The notes beneath the pieces were generated by a model that made no database searches, had not been told where the DNA came from, and saw nothing but the letters and a program-made list of their open reading frames with translations. This document shows, piece after piece, positions 24,820-37,416 of a DNA stretch of 50,585 bases (the stretch's first letter is position 1; each line of letters opens with the position of its first letter). The stretch is from NCBI GenBank assembly GCA_032718475.1, contig JAUCBJ010003106.1:1-50585 (forward strand), in the 5' to 3' direction. Made by a program: the position numbers and the translations under genes. The DNA comes from Nemertoderma westbladi. Its lineage: Eukaryota; Animalia; Xenacoelomorpha.

Positions 24820-25260
24820 GATATTCTAACCCTTTGTTAGGCTGGTTTGTAGACTTCTTGTAAAATTACCCTAAAAATTCGTACGTATAATTTTTGTGTT
24901 TATTTAGAGATTGTAATCTCACCCCGTAATTGTATGTAATTTGTAGTATTAAGTAACTTAGGCAAATTAGAATTATTTGTTTTAGTGTCCAACAAGTAGC
25001 ACTTCACTGAGAGCGCACAGCTTCTGTGCAGTGACTCTTTCCCAGAAATAATAACATTTATTTCAAATATTGACAAAAACCCATTAAACGGGTATATATA
25101 TTATAAATCAACTCAAACCGATTTATAAAATAGTAGGCCTGTCTTACAACAATTAGGTCTTAATGTCAGTTGGACTACTGCTTAAATAACGGTAATAAAG
25201 TAAAGTAAAGTAACCAAGTAACCCTAAAATTCAGAAATTCAATTATTCTAAAATAATTGA

Positions 25261-25512
25261 TATACCGGTATTCACGATAGGCTTATTATATATTTTAATA
25301 TTTATGCTGAAATTATATACCGGTATTCTGTAATTAATTTTAGTCTATAATTATACTTATATATACTATAAGTGTAAGCTGTATACTGGTATTCACAGTA
25401 GGCTTATTATATATTTATATTATTTGCGCTGAAATTATATACCGGTATTCTGTGAGGAACCCTAGTCTGTAATAATACTTATATTATATACTATAAGTGT
25501 ATACCGGTATTC
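25261..25512 (+). repeat. About 120-bp tandem duplication in the leader (TATACCGGTATTC sub-repeats)
   Basis: Two diverged units starting at about 25261 and 25382. Confidence 0.75.
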
Positions 25513-25646
25513 TAATATATTGTATATAACACGTTACACTGAGTAACGGTATCGGTAATTAATTACTAGGCTTATAGTTGATACTGAATTACTAGACTTG
25601 CTTTAACTGTAGTTATAGTAGTAGACATTCAACTGTACAAACAAAC

Positions 25647-28600
25647 ATGGCTGACACAAAGCAAAATCTGTCATATAGTCTCCTAGAAACAACAGTCTGC
25701 GATCCAGATAGGAGTGCGGAACGTTTGAGACCGAAGTCCAAGTCCCCTCCTACTGTAAGAAAGGTCATCCCTCCAGTAGTAGTATCAGACCCTAGGCTAG
25801 TAAAGCACCGTAGGTCTATCATAGGCACTCGGGCTCAAGTCAAGCGGGACCAAGAGGCGGCTGTTAAACAGCAGCAACACTCGAACCGAGAACTTATTTC
25901 TCAGCTGCCCGATAGCTCCAGTAGTTCAGATACTGTAGAGTTGACACCCGAGCGCAGAGCAAAGATGGCAGAAGCAGTTTATTCGGATCCACTTCTCATT
26001 CTTCCTGAAGCCGTACTCACTAGAGTATTGATCGCGGTGGAGGAACATCAAATTGATTGGGCGAGAAGTAAGTGATCGACCAAGGACAGTTATGCGGGAT
26101 ACACAAAGGAGGAACTGAAGTCTATTGTCGAGACGCAATGGAACTTCCCCGGACCCGGACTCCCGTTTAACTTATCGGAAGCTGCCTGGGAGGACTTATA
26201 CAGGATGGGAGTGGTAAAGGACACTAGAGATCCAGCTGTGTGGAAGAGGTCAGCAGCCGGATATGTACAGGGATTCTTCAGCTCTTTGGAGCGATTAGAG
26301 GAACAACTGTTTCAACAACCCCAAGGACCTCAAGAGCAGGGAGAGCTGCTATATCAAGTTCGAGAACGAATCCTAAGAATTAGACTAATCCTTTCGGCCT
26401 TTGAGGAAGCCTCGAAAAGAAGCCAAGACACGTCGTTGCAAGTTGCCGTAAAGACCTGGTTCCAACGGGTGAGTCTTAAAGTCCAAGGGACTACCTAATG
26501 GAAAATTCAGCTGACTGAGCGCTCAACACACAGAGAATCAACAGACGCTACCTTTTCTCAAGTGGAAAGCGAAGCGACATTGGAGTAGCCTCAGAAGAAG
26601 GACGCTATTGACATCTATCTGTCGGACTATCAACGATTTATAGGTGACGAAGAGTTGAGGAGACGGCTGGCTGGACTTCGTCCTAATAGTGAAGGAGCCA
26701 AGTTTGTGTTGGACGCATTAGATGCGGAAATGTTAGCTGCGAACCAAGCTAAATTTGATGAAAGCATCCGCATCGCTAGGGTCCAAGAAGAACAGGTAAA
26801 GAAAAAACGTATAGAAGACAGAAAGACAGCAGCAGCGGCAGAAGTTGAAAGAAAAGCGGCAGCTGCAGCGGCAGAGGCAGAGGCAGAGGCTGAAAGAAAA
26901 GCGGCAGCGGCAGCGGCAGAAGTGGAAAGAAAAACGGCAGTGGCAGAGGCAGAAGTGGAAAGAAAGGTAGCAGCGGCAGAAGCGGAAAGAAAAGCGGCAG
27001 AGGCAGTGGCAGAAGCAGAACGGAGGGCGTCTGAAGAGACAACCCAACTAGAGTTGGAAAATCTTCAAGAGAAGCAAGACTACATAGATAAACAGAGAAC
27101 AGCTAGTCAGTGGCAGATGATAAGTCGATCTACTCCCAAGAGACAGGGATTTACATCATCTGATGAAGGCGATACAACAGATCCTGAAGGCGGAGGAAAT
27201 AGATCTCGTCCCAGCAGGCGTAGAAGAACGCCCTACCGTCAGAAATTGCCTAATTTGCCCCCAGCTGTGAGAAGGCAACTAGCTAGCACAGACTTAGGTA
27301 GTACAGAACCCACAGACCAAATTATTAGAGTAAAAAGACTCCCTACTATAGTAGATGAGCCTGAAATAATTAGGCCTGTTCTCGAAGCCACCCCCTCTGT
27401 GATAGAGACCCCTGTACTTCCAGAACCCAACTCTAAATTCCCTTTGCACAGCACTAAACAACCTGTGCCCAGTAGAACAGCCCCTGAGACAATTCCTGTC
27501 CTGGACGCCGAGCGAGACATCAACGATTTATCGCCCGTTGTCCCTCGTCTACCCGCTACTAAGTTGGCCGCTCCCGCTTCGGCGGTCGAGTGGGTGGATG
27601 AGGTACGGCGGGGGATGGATCTCCTGCTCGGGCAGATGCAGGAGACTGTTCAACAGTTCAAGGGAACAGTAAGGGAAAGTAGGTTAGAGTTGCAAGAAGT
27701 GCAGCAGAGTATCGCGTTAGAACGCGATAAATTAGTAAATATACAAAGGGGTATACCACCACCCCCTGTAACAATGTGTCAACCTGTTAGGTCTGAAGTA
27801 TTTCATGCGCAAGGTGTGCAGCCTACATGCATCTATACTGCTAGTGAAGTAGAAACTCCTATAGTAAACCCTATTAAGGGTAATTATAAACCTGTTGACA
27901 ATGATATTCCATATAGACCTGATCCTAATCCGAGAAATTTATATACCGATAACTCGATATTAAATAACACGATGGCCCATGAAAGTTTTACGCGTCAAAT
28001 GGCTAGAACCGAAGCCCGTCAAGCGGTAAAAGTGGGAGAGATTGTCAAATTCAATGGAGATGAGATGAAATGGTTACCTTTTAATGAATATTACAAAGAT
28101 AACATACAGAACTCTGTACTATCTAACGGAGAGAAACTAAGATTCCTCATCGAGTGTTTGGAAGGACCTCCCAAGTTAATGGCGTTAAAGTTTATTGGAC
28201 ATCCAGATGGATTAAGACAAGTTTGGGATACACTAAACATCAGGTATGGTAATAGGACAAACATAGCTAGGTATTTGTATGCAAAATTGGTAGCACCCTG
28301 AAAGTTCCTTAGCAGCGGGATTATAGAGTTTTCCGATGAGATTCAGGAGATCTGTAGACAATTAGATTGGTTAGGTAAGTCTCATGAATATCAGAGTTCC
28401 ATGGTTATTGGAGCCGTAGCATCTACTTTGCCAAAGGGTGGAGTAGGTACTCGCTGGGACAAGAAAGTGCTCTATATGATGGACCAGCAACAAAGAGACC
28501 CTACCATGGCTGATCTCATGTCATTCTTAAATGGAGAGGTAAGATTACAGCTCCTAAAGCAGTCCCGAGAGAAGACACCGGAAAATAAGGTAATTGAAAA

Positions 28601-31600
28601 ACCCGTTTCTAGGAGAAAGGTCACCCCAGTGTGTTATACAGATGACGGCGAAAGCCAAACCTCTCAAGAGGAGAACAGCGGGAAAGACACCGAAAGATCT
28701 TACTATGTCAACAAGGCACCTAAAGACGTAAGTAAATTTAAGTCTCGAACCAGTGACAGGAGAGAACAGGTAACAAAAACTCCTCATACGTCTCCTAAGA
28801 GAGTTCATGGAAGAAAGCCCGAGGAAAGAACGAGTGTGCACAACACTACCCAAGGTAAAGTAAGTAACATCAAACCAAAATGTGCGTTGTGCGACGGGCC
28901 CCACCGTTTAAGTGTGTGTGAGGAATTCTTAAAGAAATCCCTAAAAGATAGACGCGAAGTCATGTGGGATAAGCGGTTGTGTTATAATTGTCTCAGACAA
29001 GGACACCAACGGCGAACCTGTTACTCCGACGCAAGGTGTGCTAAGTGCGGCGCGAAACATCATATTTTGTTGCACACCGAATTCGAAAGAAACAGCCCGA
29101 GTCAGGTAAGTGAGTCCGAACTACATGTCCAATTCAGTGATGTGAACGACACTGACCACAGTTCTGAGATGGAAGGATTTTACACGGACGAATTCTCCGA
29201 CGAAAACGAATCCTGCTATATGATAAACACCGCAGTGTATCGAGCACTTACGTATGAGACTGAAACCGATAGTGAGCTCCCCCTAACTATTCCTGACCGA
29301 CAACCATCTTGGAAAGCGCCAACTTCCAACGTAGGAATCCGAGAATTTCCCGTAGTGCAGTTGAGAGTCCACGGGTTAGAAAAGAGCTATATAGTGAACG
29401 CCCTCCTTGACTCCGGCAGCACAGGAACATTCATCGACAAAGAACTAGCCGAAGACATCTTTGCTGGACAACCCAAGTTCCGAACTAAGTTGAACCTTTC
29501 AGGAATTATGCAGGTTTGGAAATCTACAGTAGCTACAGACTACTATGTAGGCGCGTTGTCCACCCCCCAGGATGAACTAGGAGAACACAGTATAAGGTCA
29601 GTAAAAATGGTGGCGATAAAGAACTTCGCTACCAGCCAAGTGGAACCTTATAACTGCGATGAAGATGATTTCACCCAGCAGCATGAGATACCTAGATTCA
29701 ACACCGACTACCCAGGGGTACAAATACTCATCGGCCAAAATGCGCATGAGGCGCTTGAGACATTAGAGAAACGGCCTGCTCAACTGCAACCATTGCAAAC
29801 CTATGCGGGAAGAACTCGAGTAGGTTGGTACTTTACTGGACCTTCCCGTAGGACACTCATGGAAAGGCTACCTAAAGATCAAGTCTACCAGGTGAGTGAA
29901 TGGGAAGAGGAAATCAGTGAGGGAGACGACACACCTGAGGGAACACCATACTCCTCAGATAATGACGATATTCATCAACTATTCGATGAGGAGAATACCA
30001 TCGACCTCCTTACGGAAAATGAAACTTGGCAAAACCAAGTGAACCTGTGTCACCTCATCCATCCAGGTGGACAAGTCGATTACAACGACGAACTGAATGA
30101 AGTGATAGATCGTTACAATGCGAAGACTCGCAATGAACACGCCGTACGATTCTTTACTCAAGAAGTTGTAGAGCCCAATTCCTACGATAAGGCCCTATCG
30201 GTAGAAGAAGAAAGAGCCAAGCAGATACAGGAAACGACTACACGTTTTCTTAAAGATCAAGGTAGGTATGAGATTGGTCTGCCTTTCCGACGGCGAGAAC
30301 CCAATTTTATAAACAACCGACCCTTGGCGGAGAAGAGAATTGCGCAACTACATCGACGCCTTACGGCAAATGCTTCAGCTAAGGAGATGTACATGTACAA
30401 GACCCAGCTGAAGAAATTCATTAACAAGGGATATGCGGAGCGAGTACCGGGAGAAACACCCATAACTGAGAGAACGTACTATTTAACACATCATTACATT
30501 CCCAAACCCGGTAAACCCAACAAAGTCTGGGTAGTATTTGACGGCTCTGCCCTCTACATGGGCCAATCCCTTAACTCCGAGTTGTTGCCGGGACCCAACT
30601 TACTCCAATCCTTGTTGGGAATACTCTTAAGATTACGACAATATTCGATTGCTTTCGCTTCTGATATAGAAGGCATGTTCTTACAAGTTAAGGCGCTGGA
30701 TAGGGATCGGGACAGCCTACGATTTCTGTGGTGGCCTGAAGGAGACCTCAACCAGAAACTGGTGGAGTACTGGATGACCATCCAGGCTTTTGGGATCATC
30801 TCGAGCCCTTCAAACGCCTGCTCAGTAGTGCGTACCACTGCGGATGACAACCGGGATGCCTTCTCCAAAGCGGTTATCGACAACATCAAACGGGATATAT
30901 ACATGGACGATAATTTAAAGTCCCTCCCATCGGTGGAAGAAGCCATTGATGTCGCCAAAGGAACGGTAGAGTGCTTGAAAAGAGGTGGATTTCGATTAAA
31001 TAAATTCACCAGTAACTCCCATGAATTTCTGGAATTGATCCCGGTAGAAGACCGAGGAGTTAAAGATCTAGACCTTATCAAGGACGATCTTCCAGAAACC
31101 AAGACGCTTGGTTTGAAATGGGACACGGAGAGAGATATCCTATTTTTCCAGCTAAAACAGCGAGATAATCCAATTCGAACTAAACGGATTTGTCTAAGTA
31201 TCCTGAGTACTTATTTCAATCCATTGGGATTTATTAGCCCAGTTATATTGATTGCTCGGAGTTTAGTACAACAAATGTGGCTTGAAAACCACTCGTGGGA
31301 CGATCCACTTAAGGGAGAACTATTAAAGAAGTGGATGAAATATGAAATGGGAAGATTCTCTACCATCCATCGAGAATTTTACGATTTCCCGTTCTTATTT
31401 TGGTCACGTTCTCCCCAAGTATTCCTATCAACTCCATGTGTTTGGAGACGCCAGCGACATGGGAATAGGTATAGTAGCCTACCTGTTGAAACTCCAGATG
31501 GAATTAAGGTCGCCTTGGTTACCTCTAAGGCCTTGATAAACAACAAGCTGAGAGTTCCTCGAGCGGAGTTAAAAGCGGCTCTATACGCTACAGCCATCGG

Positions 31601-33788
31601 CTGGAATGTAACAGAACAGATCGACTATCCACTGGAGAAAACTGTCTATTGGACCGATGCTTTACTCGTGTTGGAGTATATCACCAATGAAGTCTGTCAG
31701 TTCAACGTCTTCGTTACCAACAGAGTAGCCATTATACTTTGTCGCACGAAGATAGATCAATGGAGACATTGCCCTGGGACGATTAATCCAGCCGACATCG
31801 CATCCAGGGGAGCAACTCCACAAGAACTGATAGATACTCCAGACTGGTTAGGTGGACCCGACTTCCTAAGCAAGGAAGAGGATGAATGGCCTCCTCATCT
31901 TACCACGGCGGAGATTAGACAAGCCAAGGGAGCGGAGAAAGTCAAACCTAAAACCCGGGCGAGTAAATCGAAGTTTTTTAAACCCGTGATAGATCTGTCT
32001 GTACTACACACTTCCGGAGACGACGCTTTGGATCCAAAATCCCCCGCCACAAATAAGTCTGTTGTGGAAATCAGAGAGAGAGATTGGAAATCTGGAACAC
32101 CAGACGTCTCGCAGGGACTCTCACCCCTCCTGCAGAGAGCGATACATTACTATAGCTCCTGGAATTGGCTTTGTAAGGCCGTTGCTTATTTAAAGCAATG
32201 TTTTCATCATCACTACTCCAGGACGAAGATCGCTAGTGATACCGCTCCACTGACATCTGCGCAGGTCCATGTTGTTAAAGATCTTCCCAAATACAAGATA
32301 TCAGACAGATTTCTGAAGGAGAGGATCAGTTACCAGGAGCATGAAGAAACCAATAAGCAGATACTGAGACTCCTGCAATGCTATGAGGATTCCGATAAGT
32401 ATTTCCTGTTGTTGAGAAATCCACAGATGCGCTTAAGGGATCGTTTCTCTAGCACAATGATAGATGGGTTAATACGCGTTGGAGGAAGACTAACTAATGC
32501 TCCATTATCCTTTGACACTAAATTTCCCATACTCATTAGAAATCTTGAAATACAAATCAAGATGATTGTAGATGTTCACAGTAAGCTTTACCACGCTGGT
32601 AGAGAACGAGTTCTTAGCGAAATTCGAACTCGCTATTATTTTCATAAACCCCGTAGAGCTCTGAACCAAGTTCTTAGGAACTGCATACCCTGTAGGAAAG
32701 CATTCAGTAGGCCTTTAACACAGCGAGAGGCAGAATTACCTAGGGAACGAGTAAGCTTCTATGAACCACCCTTCACAAATACCGGTGTGGATTTATTTGG
32801 CCCTATTGAAGTATATCGTGCTAGGACTATTGTCAAGAGATGGTGTGTCATCTTTGTCTGTATGACTTGTAGAGCTATCCATCTTGATATGGTGAACGAT
32901 CTATCTACCAACAGCTTCATACTGAGTCTACGCCGACAGATCGCTCGCTTTGGAACTAGCAACACGATGAGATCTGATAAGGGGACGAACTTCATTGGTG
33001 CCAACAATGAAATCAAGGCTTACGTCAAAGATTGGAACCAAAGACAGGTGGACGATCAGCTAAGGGTAACAGCGTCTAGCTGGACCTTCAACACCGCCGA
33101 TGCCCCTTGGTGGGGAGGAAGTTGGGAGAGATTAATCAGGAGCGTGATGACCGCATTTCACTTTATAGTGCCGTGCCGCGCATATCTCACCGACGAACTT
33201 TTGCAGATGTTAATGGAAGGAATCGCCACCTATCTCAATGAGAGACCGCTTATGCCAGTCTCATCGAGTCCCGATTCCCTGGAAGCGCTAACACCCGCGC
33301 ACTTCCTACTGAAGAAACCTGTAGCCATGCTCCCACGATCGGAAATCACGGACGGAGACGAATACTGACGGCAAACTTGGCAACTTATGCAGTTGTTATC
33401 CCGTCGTTTCGCTGACCATTTCGAAAAACATTATCTGCCTACGCTACAACTTCGAACTTAGTGGTTTGCGCAGCAAGAAAATGTCAGCGCCGGAGACATG
33501 GTCCTTATTGTGGAATCAGATCTTCCACGTAAGCGGTGGCAGACAGGTCGTATCATCGAGACTCATATCTCAGATGACGGTTTAGTGCGATCGGTAGAAC
33601 ACGTCGTCATGCGACGTAACTTTAAGAAACCGGGAATTGTCTTCGAGACGCAGCAGCTCAATCGCCCAGTTGGTCGTTTATGTTTACTGGAGAGAGACCG
33701 AGAACTGTCCGGAAACTATGGAAGGCAAGATACTCTTCCCACGACCACCTCCCTAATCCAACCAACATCTAGGGACTCCCCAACGTAA
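25647..33788 (+). pseudogene. BEL/Pao gag-pol polyprotein, disrupted
   Basis: ORFs at 25647, 26205, 26655, 28401 and 33498 share one frame, broken by stops at 26073, 26496, 26586, 28299, 33366 and 33459. Gag: KFNGD (DUF1759-like) and three knuckles CALC..H..C, CYNC..H..C, CAKC..HH..LH. Protease LLDSGS. RT VVFDGS, DIEGMFLQV, YMDD. RNase H LHVFGDAS (out of frame). Integrase GVDLFGP, SDKGTNF, PWWGGSWERLI, LNERPL, LTPAHFL. Confidence 0.95.
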
Positions 33789-33939
33789 CAGCGTCTGGAG
33801 TGGGTGTGTGACTATATTATTTTATATATTTTTATTATTTTTATATTTATGTATGTATTATTATGTACTTTTATTATAATCGTTTTCTTTAATTTTATTT
33901 AGTAGAATGTTATTTTAGCGATTATCTAGTAGATTAGAT

Positions 33940-34035
33940 ATAATAAATATAATAAATATAATAAATATAATAAATATAATAATATAATAAATATAATAAA
34001 TATAATAATATAATAAATATAATAAATATAATAAA
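33940..34035 (+). repeat. (AATAAATAT)n microsatellite
   Basis: About 10 visible 9-bp units. Confidence 0.92.
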
Positions 34036-34236
34036 TATAATAAATATAATAAATATTTGTTATATATTATATATTTGTTAATATTTGTTTCATATTAAAT
34101 GCAATATTTATTAGATTAGATTACGACTTGCCTCTTCTCACTGACATTGCTTCTTGCAATATTGCTCTCATACCGTATATTAAGTAATACATATAGTAGT
34201 GTGATGTCCCTTTAACAGTAGCGTAAAACGCAAAAT

Positions 34237-34594
34237 AAATCTGTTAAACCCTTTGACCATCTGCAATTCTAGTCGATTAAGATATCGCGACACCCACCGA
34301 TATACTTGAAAGGCAAAATTCTAGAATCAGTGGTTAACGTCCCCAGACAAGTTCTGGAATAAACCGGTGCCCATCTTAAATATTAACTATTAATATTTGT
34401 AAAATCTGTCAAACAAATACAATAGAGTAACTACTTACAAGTTAACTCTAGAAAATCTATAAATTAAAATCTGTTAAATTTTAGATCCTTTAAAATTCTA
34501 GTCGATTAAGGTATCGTAGCACTTACCGATACTCTTAAAAGGACAAATTTCCTAGAATCAAGGATCACAGTCCCCAGACATGTTCTGGAATAAA
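34237..34594 (+). other. Two diverged copies (34237-34363 and 34467-34594) of a putative structured RNA element
   Basis: Nested stems with compensatory changes between the copies; details in findings. Confidence 0.65.
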
Positions 34595-35550
34595 ATTGTG
34601 CTTATTCCAACATTAAATAATAAAATTTACGGGAATAAATTTAAATTCATCTTTTTAATGAATTTTATAAATTGTCATTTTTACACAATTTATAACATTC
34701 CCAAAATTCCATTAATTAATAGATCATGGGAGCGGAGATTCACCCTATTAAGTGTATTAGTGTGCGAGAATCTCCAATATATAGTCAATAGCCGATAAAA
34801 TTTCATAAAATCATGTATAAAGGGGATATTGACAATTAAAGAATTACTATTAAATAGCATCCCAGATCCGTATGCATGGGAATTACCCTAATTCTACTGC
34901 TAGCTTTCCATAATGTCACCATAGCAACAACCACGTTAGAATTAGAAGCGAGTTAAAAGAACAATAGAAAGCTTGCCCCAATGAATAGCATAAGGAATAA
35001 ATAGCACACTGCTAGTATCCAAGGATACATAATAATAACGTGGCATTCTGGAAGGCACTTGACTAACGGACAAATGGCACGAATGTGTACAATTTGTGAC
35101 AGTGTGGAATTTGTGCGTTTATAGGTGAATGATACTACTAAAGTGTGTTTACAGTAGCTAGTCGCTGTTGTGAAAGTAGCCCTACCTCTGCAGTAAGAAC
35201 CTGAACTAAATCTAAGCCCTTGGGACAGACAGTGGAGTGACTCGCGCTGGTTATCGTTATCGTTGTGTAGCTACTACATTGGCGAAAAACACAGCGACGA
35301 CGGTACATCGGCGCTGAGGATCTTGCGCTGTCCGGGGGCCGAGATGGGTAGGCAGCGACGCCCGCTAGCCTAATTATAACTAATTATAATATTGATAGAC
35401 TCATATAGCAGCTATGACTGAGTTGATAGAAGATGATCTTGGTATCAGTGAGCGATATACTCTACCGTTACAAGCGTTTGTTGATAGTTTAATACGCGGC
35501 GACGCTGTCCAACTACTACGGAGGACGATGGTCGTTATATCGAACCGCCA

Positions 35551-37416
35551 ATGTCCCAGGAGCAACTCACGCGTGAATCGGACTATAGAAAATTCACCGC
35601 TCGCTACACGCATCATAATGGTATGTATATGGACTTCTTAACTACTGGCCATCCTATCGATTTACATGATACGGATGATGTAGACACCGAAAGGGAAATG
35701 GTTTTATTTAAATATCATACCCAGCAGAGTCAGAACGATAAACCGAGAATAGAACACGAGAATTCTATTCGAAACCGACTCGAAAGAGAAGATGTTGAAG
35801 AGCCGGATAAACGCAGCGACTTCAACGATTATCTGGAATTCTTGAGAGAAACATATCTCAATATTGCCAGTCAACAGAATCTAGAAACTCGATATCCTCA
35901 AGGTATACATCATGACCCCATGATAGAACTCAAACGGCTCTATTTCACTATGATGTATCTTACTGCCGATCGACCGCTACCTGTCGTCCCAGATAGCTTC
36001 GAACAGATAGAGGAATATTGTAAAACTGGAGAACGATCACCCGCGTTTCCCCTGCAGGACGTGCGTCTTTGGTATTACTGAGATGAATGCCCTAGACCCA
36101 ACCAGCAAACGGAAAGACATAAACATCCGCGGAGACGTTGCGCTAAACACAGTTTTACTCGTTATACCTATGGGAGTTTCGAGCGAAACTTGTTCGACGT
36201 ATCACCTACGCTCGCTCGACTCAAACGATCCTTAAATAAACCCATGATCAGAGTTCCGGAATACTCGGTCAGACCTCCTCATTCCTTAGTGAGACCTCAA
36301 ACGCTTGATCCTACTAGTATAACGGATCCCCCTGAACTATACTCACTATTAAAGATCTTGTGTTACCCGAACAATTAATCGGTGGCACTCCGGGAGTGGG
36401 CTCTCTAGATATTCGCCCATCCTACCTAGCCGGATTGGGACGCGGGCATCTAATATCGCCGTTCAACCCGTACAATCGTCCCGGTTTAACCCCGATACAA
36501 CCCGTCACCGAAGTTGAGGAGAGCGTTGTACGAAACGCGTTAGACGCTATTCGGCAGAAGATCGGAAAGGGAACTTACGATTGTTTAGAGAAACGCAAAT
36601 TGCAGCAACAAGTCCAAGCGGTGAAGAAATTAGCCTTACCCCAGTTCGATCGAGAAATCCAGAATCTCGAGGAAGACATCGAACTTGGACGAACTTATTC
36701 TCTACAAGAGTTCTTAGACGAACGTTTACAACGACAAGCGGAGGAAAATCAGCTTGAGGAGAAACACATCGAAATGGATGAGAGAGAAGAAGCAGCTTTA
36801 GCACAGCCTGAAGCTCAAATCCTTATGACTGATCTCTATTCCAAAACCATCGTTCATCCCTCGATGGTTCCCCATTTCGAAGACAAACTCTTCACCACGG
36901 TACAACCTAAGATCTCGAGATCTTATCGCTGACGTCCCTATGTTGCAACGTCCGCCAATCGAGGCCGCTCGTGTCGACGGTATACTCGTTGAACCTCCGG
37001 ACAATCGAGCGGATCTTGTCCATCGTATGGTACACGATGTCAACATACGCGCTAGACCTTTACCGAACTCGTTTTATGGGATCAAAGATCACCCTTATTA
37101 TGTCAATCTAACTCAATATTACATGGTAAAAACCGGAAGATCCTACACATAATCTAAGGTTTCTACCACTAATAAATCCTCTCGATCTTGTCAAACTCGA
37201 ACAACTGCAGAAACATCTGGATCAGTTAGTGAAAGTAAACTCATTCCGAAAACCCTACACTGTTTCCAGAATAGAGAAGGATATAATACTTCCGTACAAT
37301 CTCGATGGATTTATCAAAACTCGATTAGTCCACTGGAATCTCGACGTGTCATTCGAGGAGGAGAGAATACAACAATATGGAGATGTAGAAACATATACAT
37401 ATATATATATATATAT
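35551..37416 (+). pseudogene. Disrupted N-terminal part of the element's extra ORF (no recognised domain)
   Basis: Abutting coding-like fragments at 35551, 36190, 36360, 36940 and 37229, separated by single stops or frameshifts. A (TA)n expansion at about 37394-37416 precedes the 745-aa segment. Confidence 0.6.

Noticed and set aside
33797-35285. Alternative 3' LTR (PPT-like GGAGTGGGTG, TGT...TACA, then TTGGCG)
   Set aside because: There is no second copy upstream of gag and no recognisable tRNA match. It could be vestigial, but nothing here supports that.
26073-36081. Stop codons as evidence of CpG methylation or programmed read-through
   Set aside because: Any stop is one C-to-T change from a sense codon, so ancestral codons are needed. 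Multiple stops plus frameshifts indicate decay.
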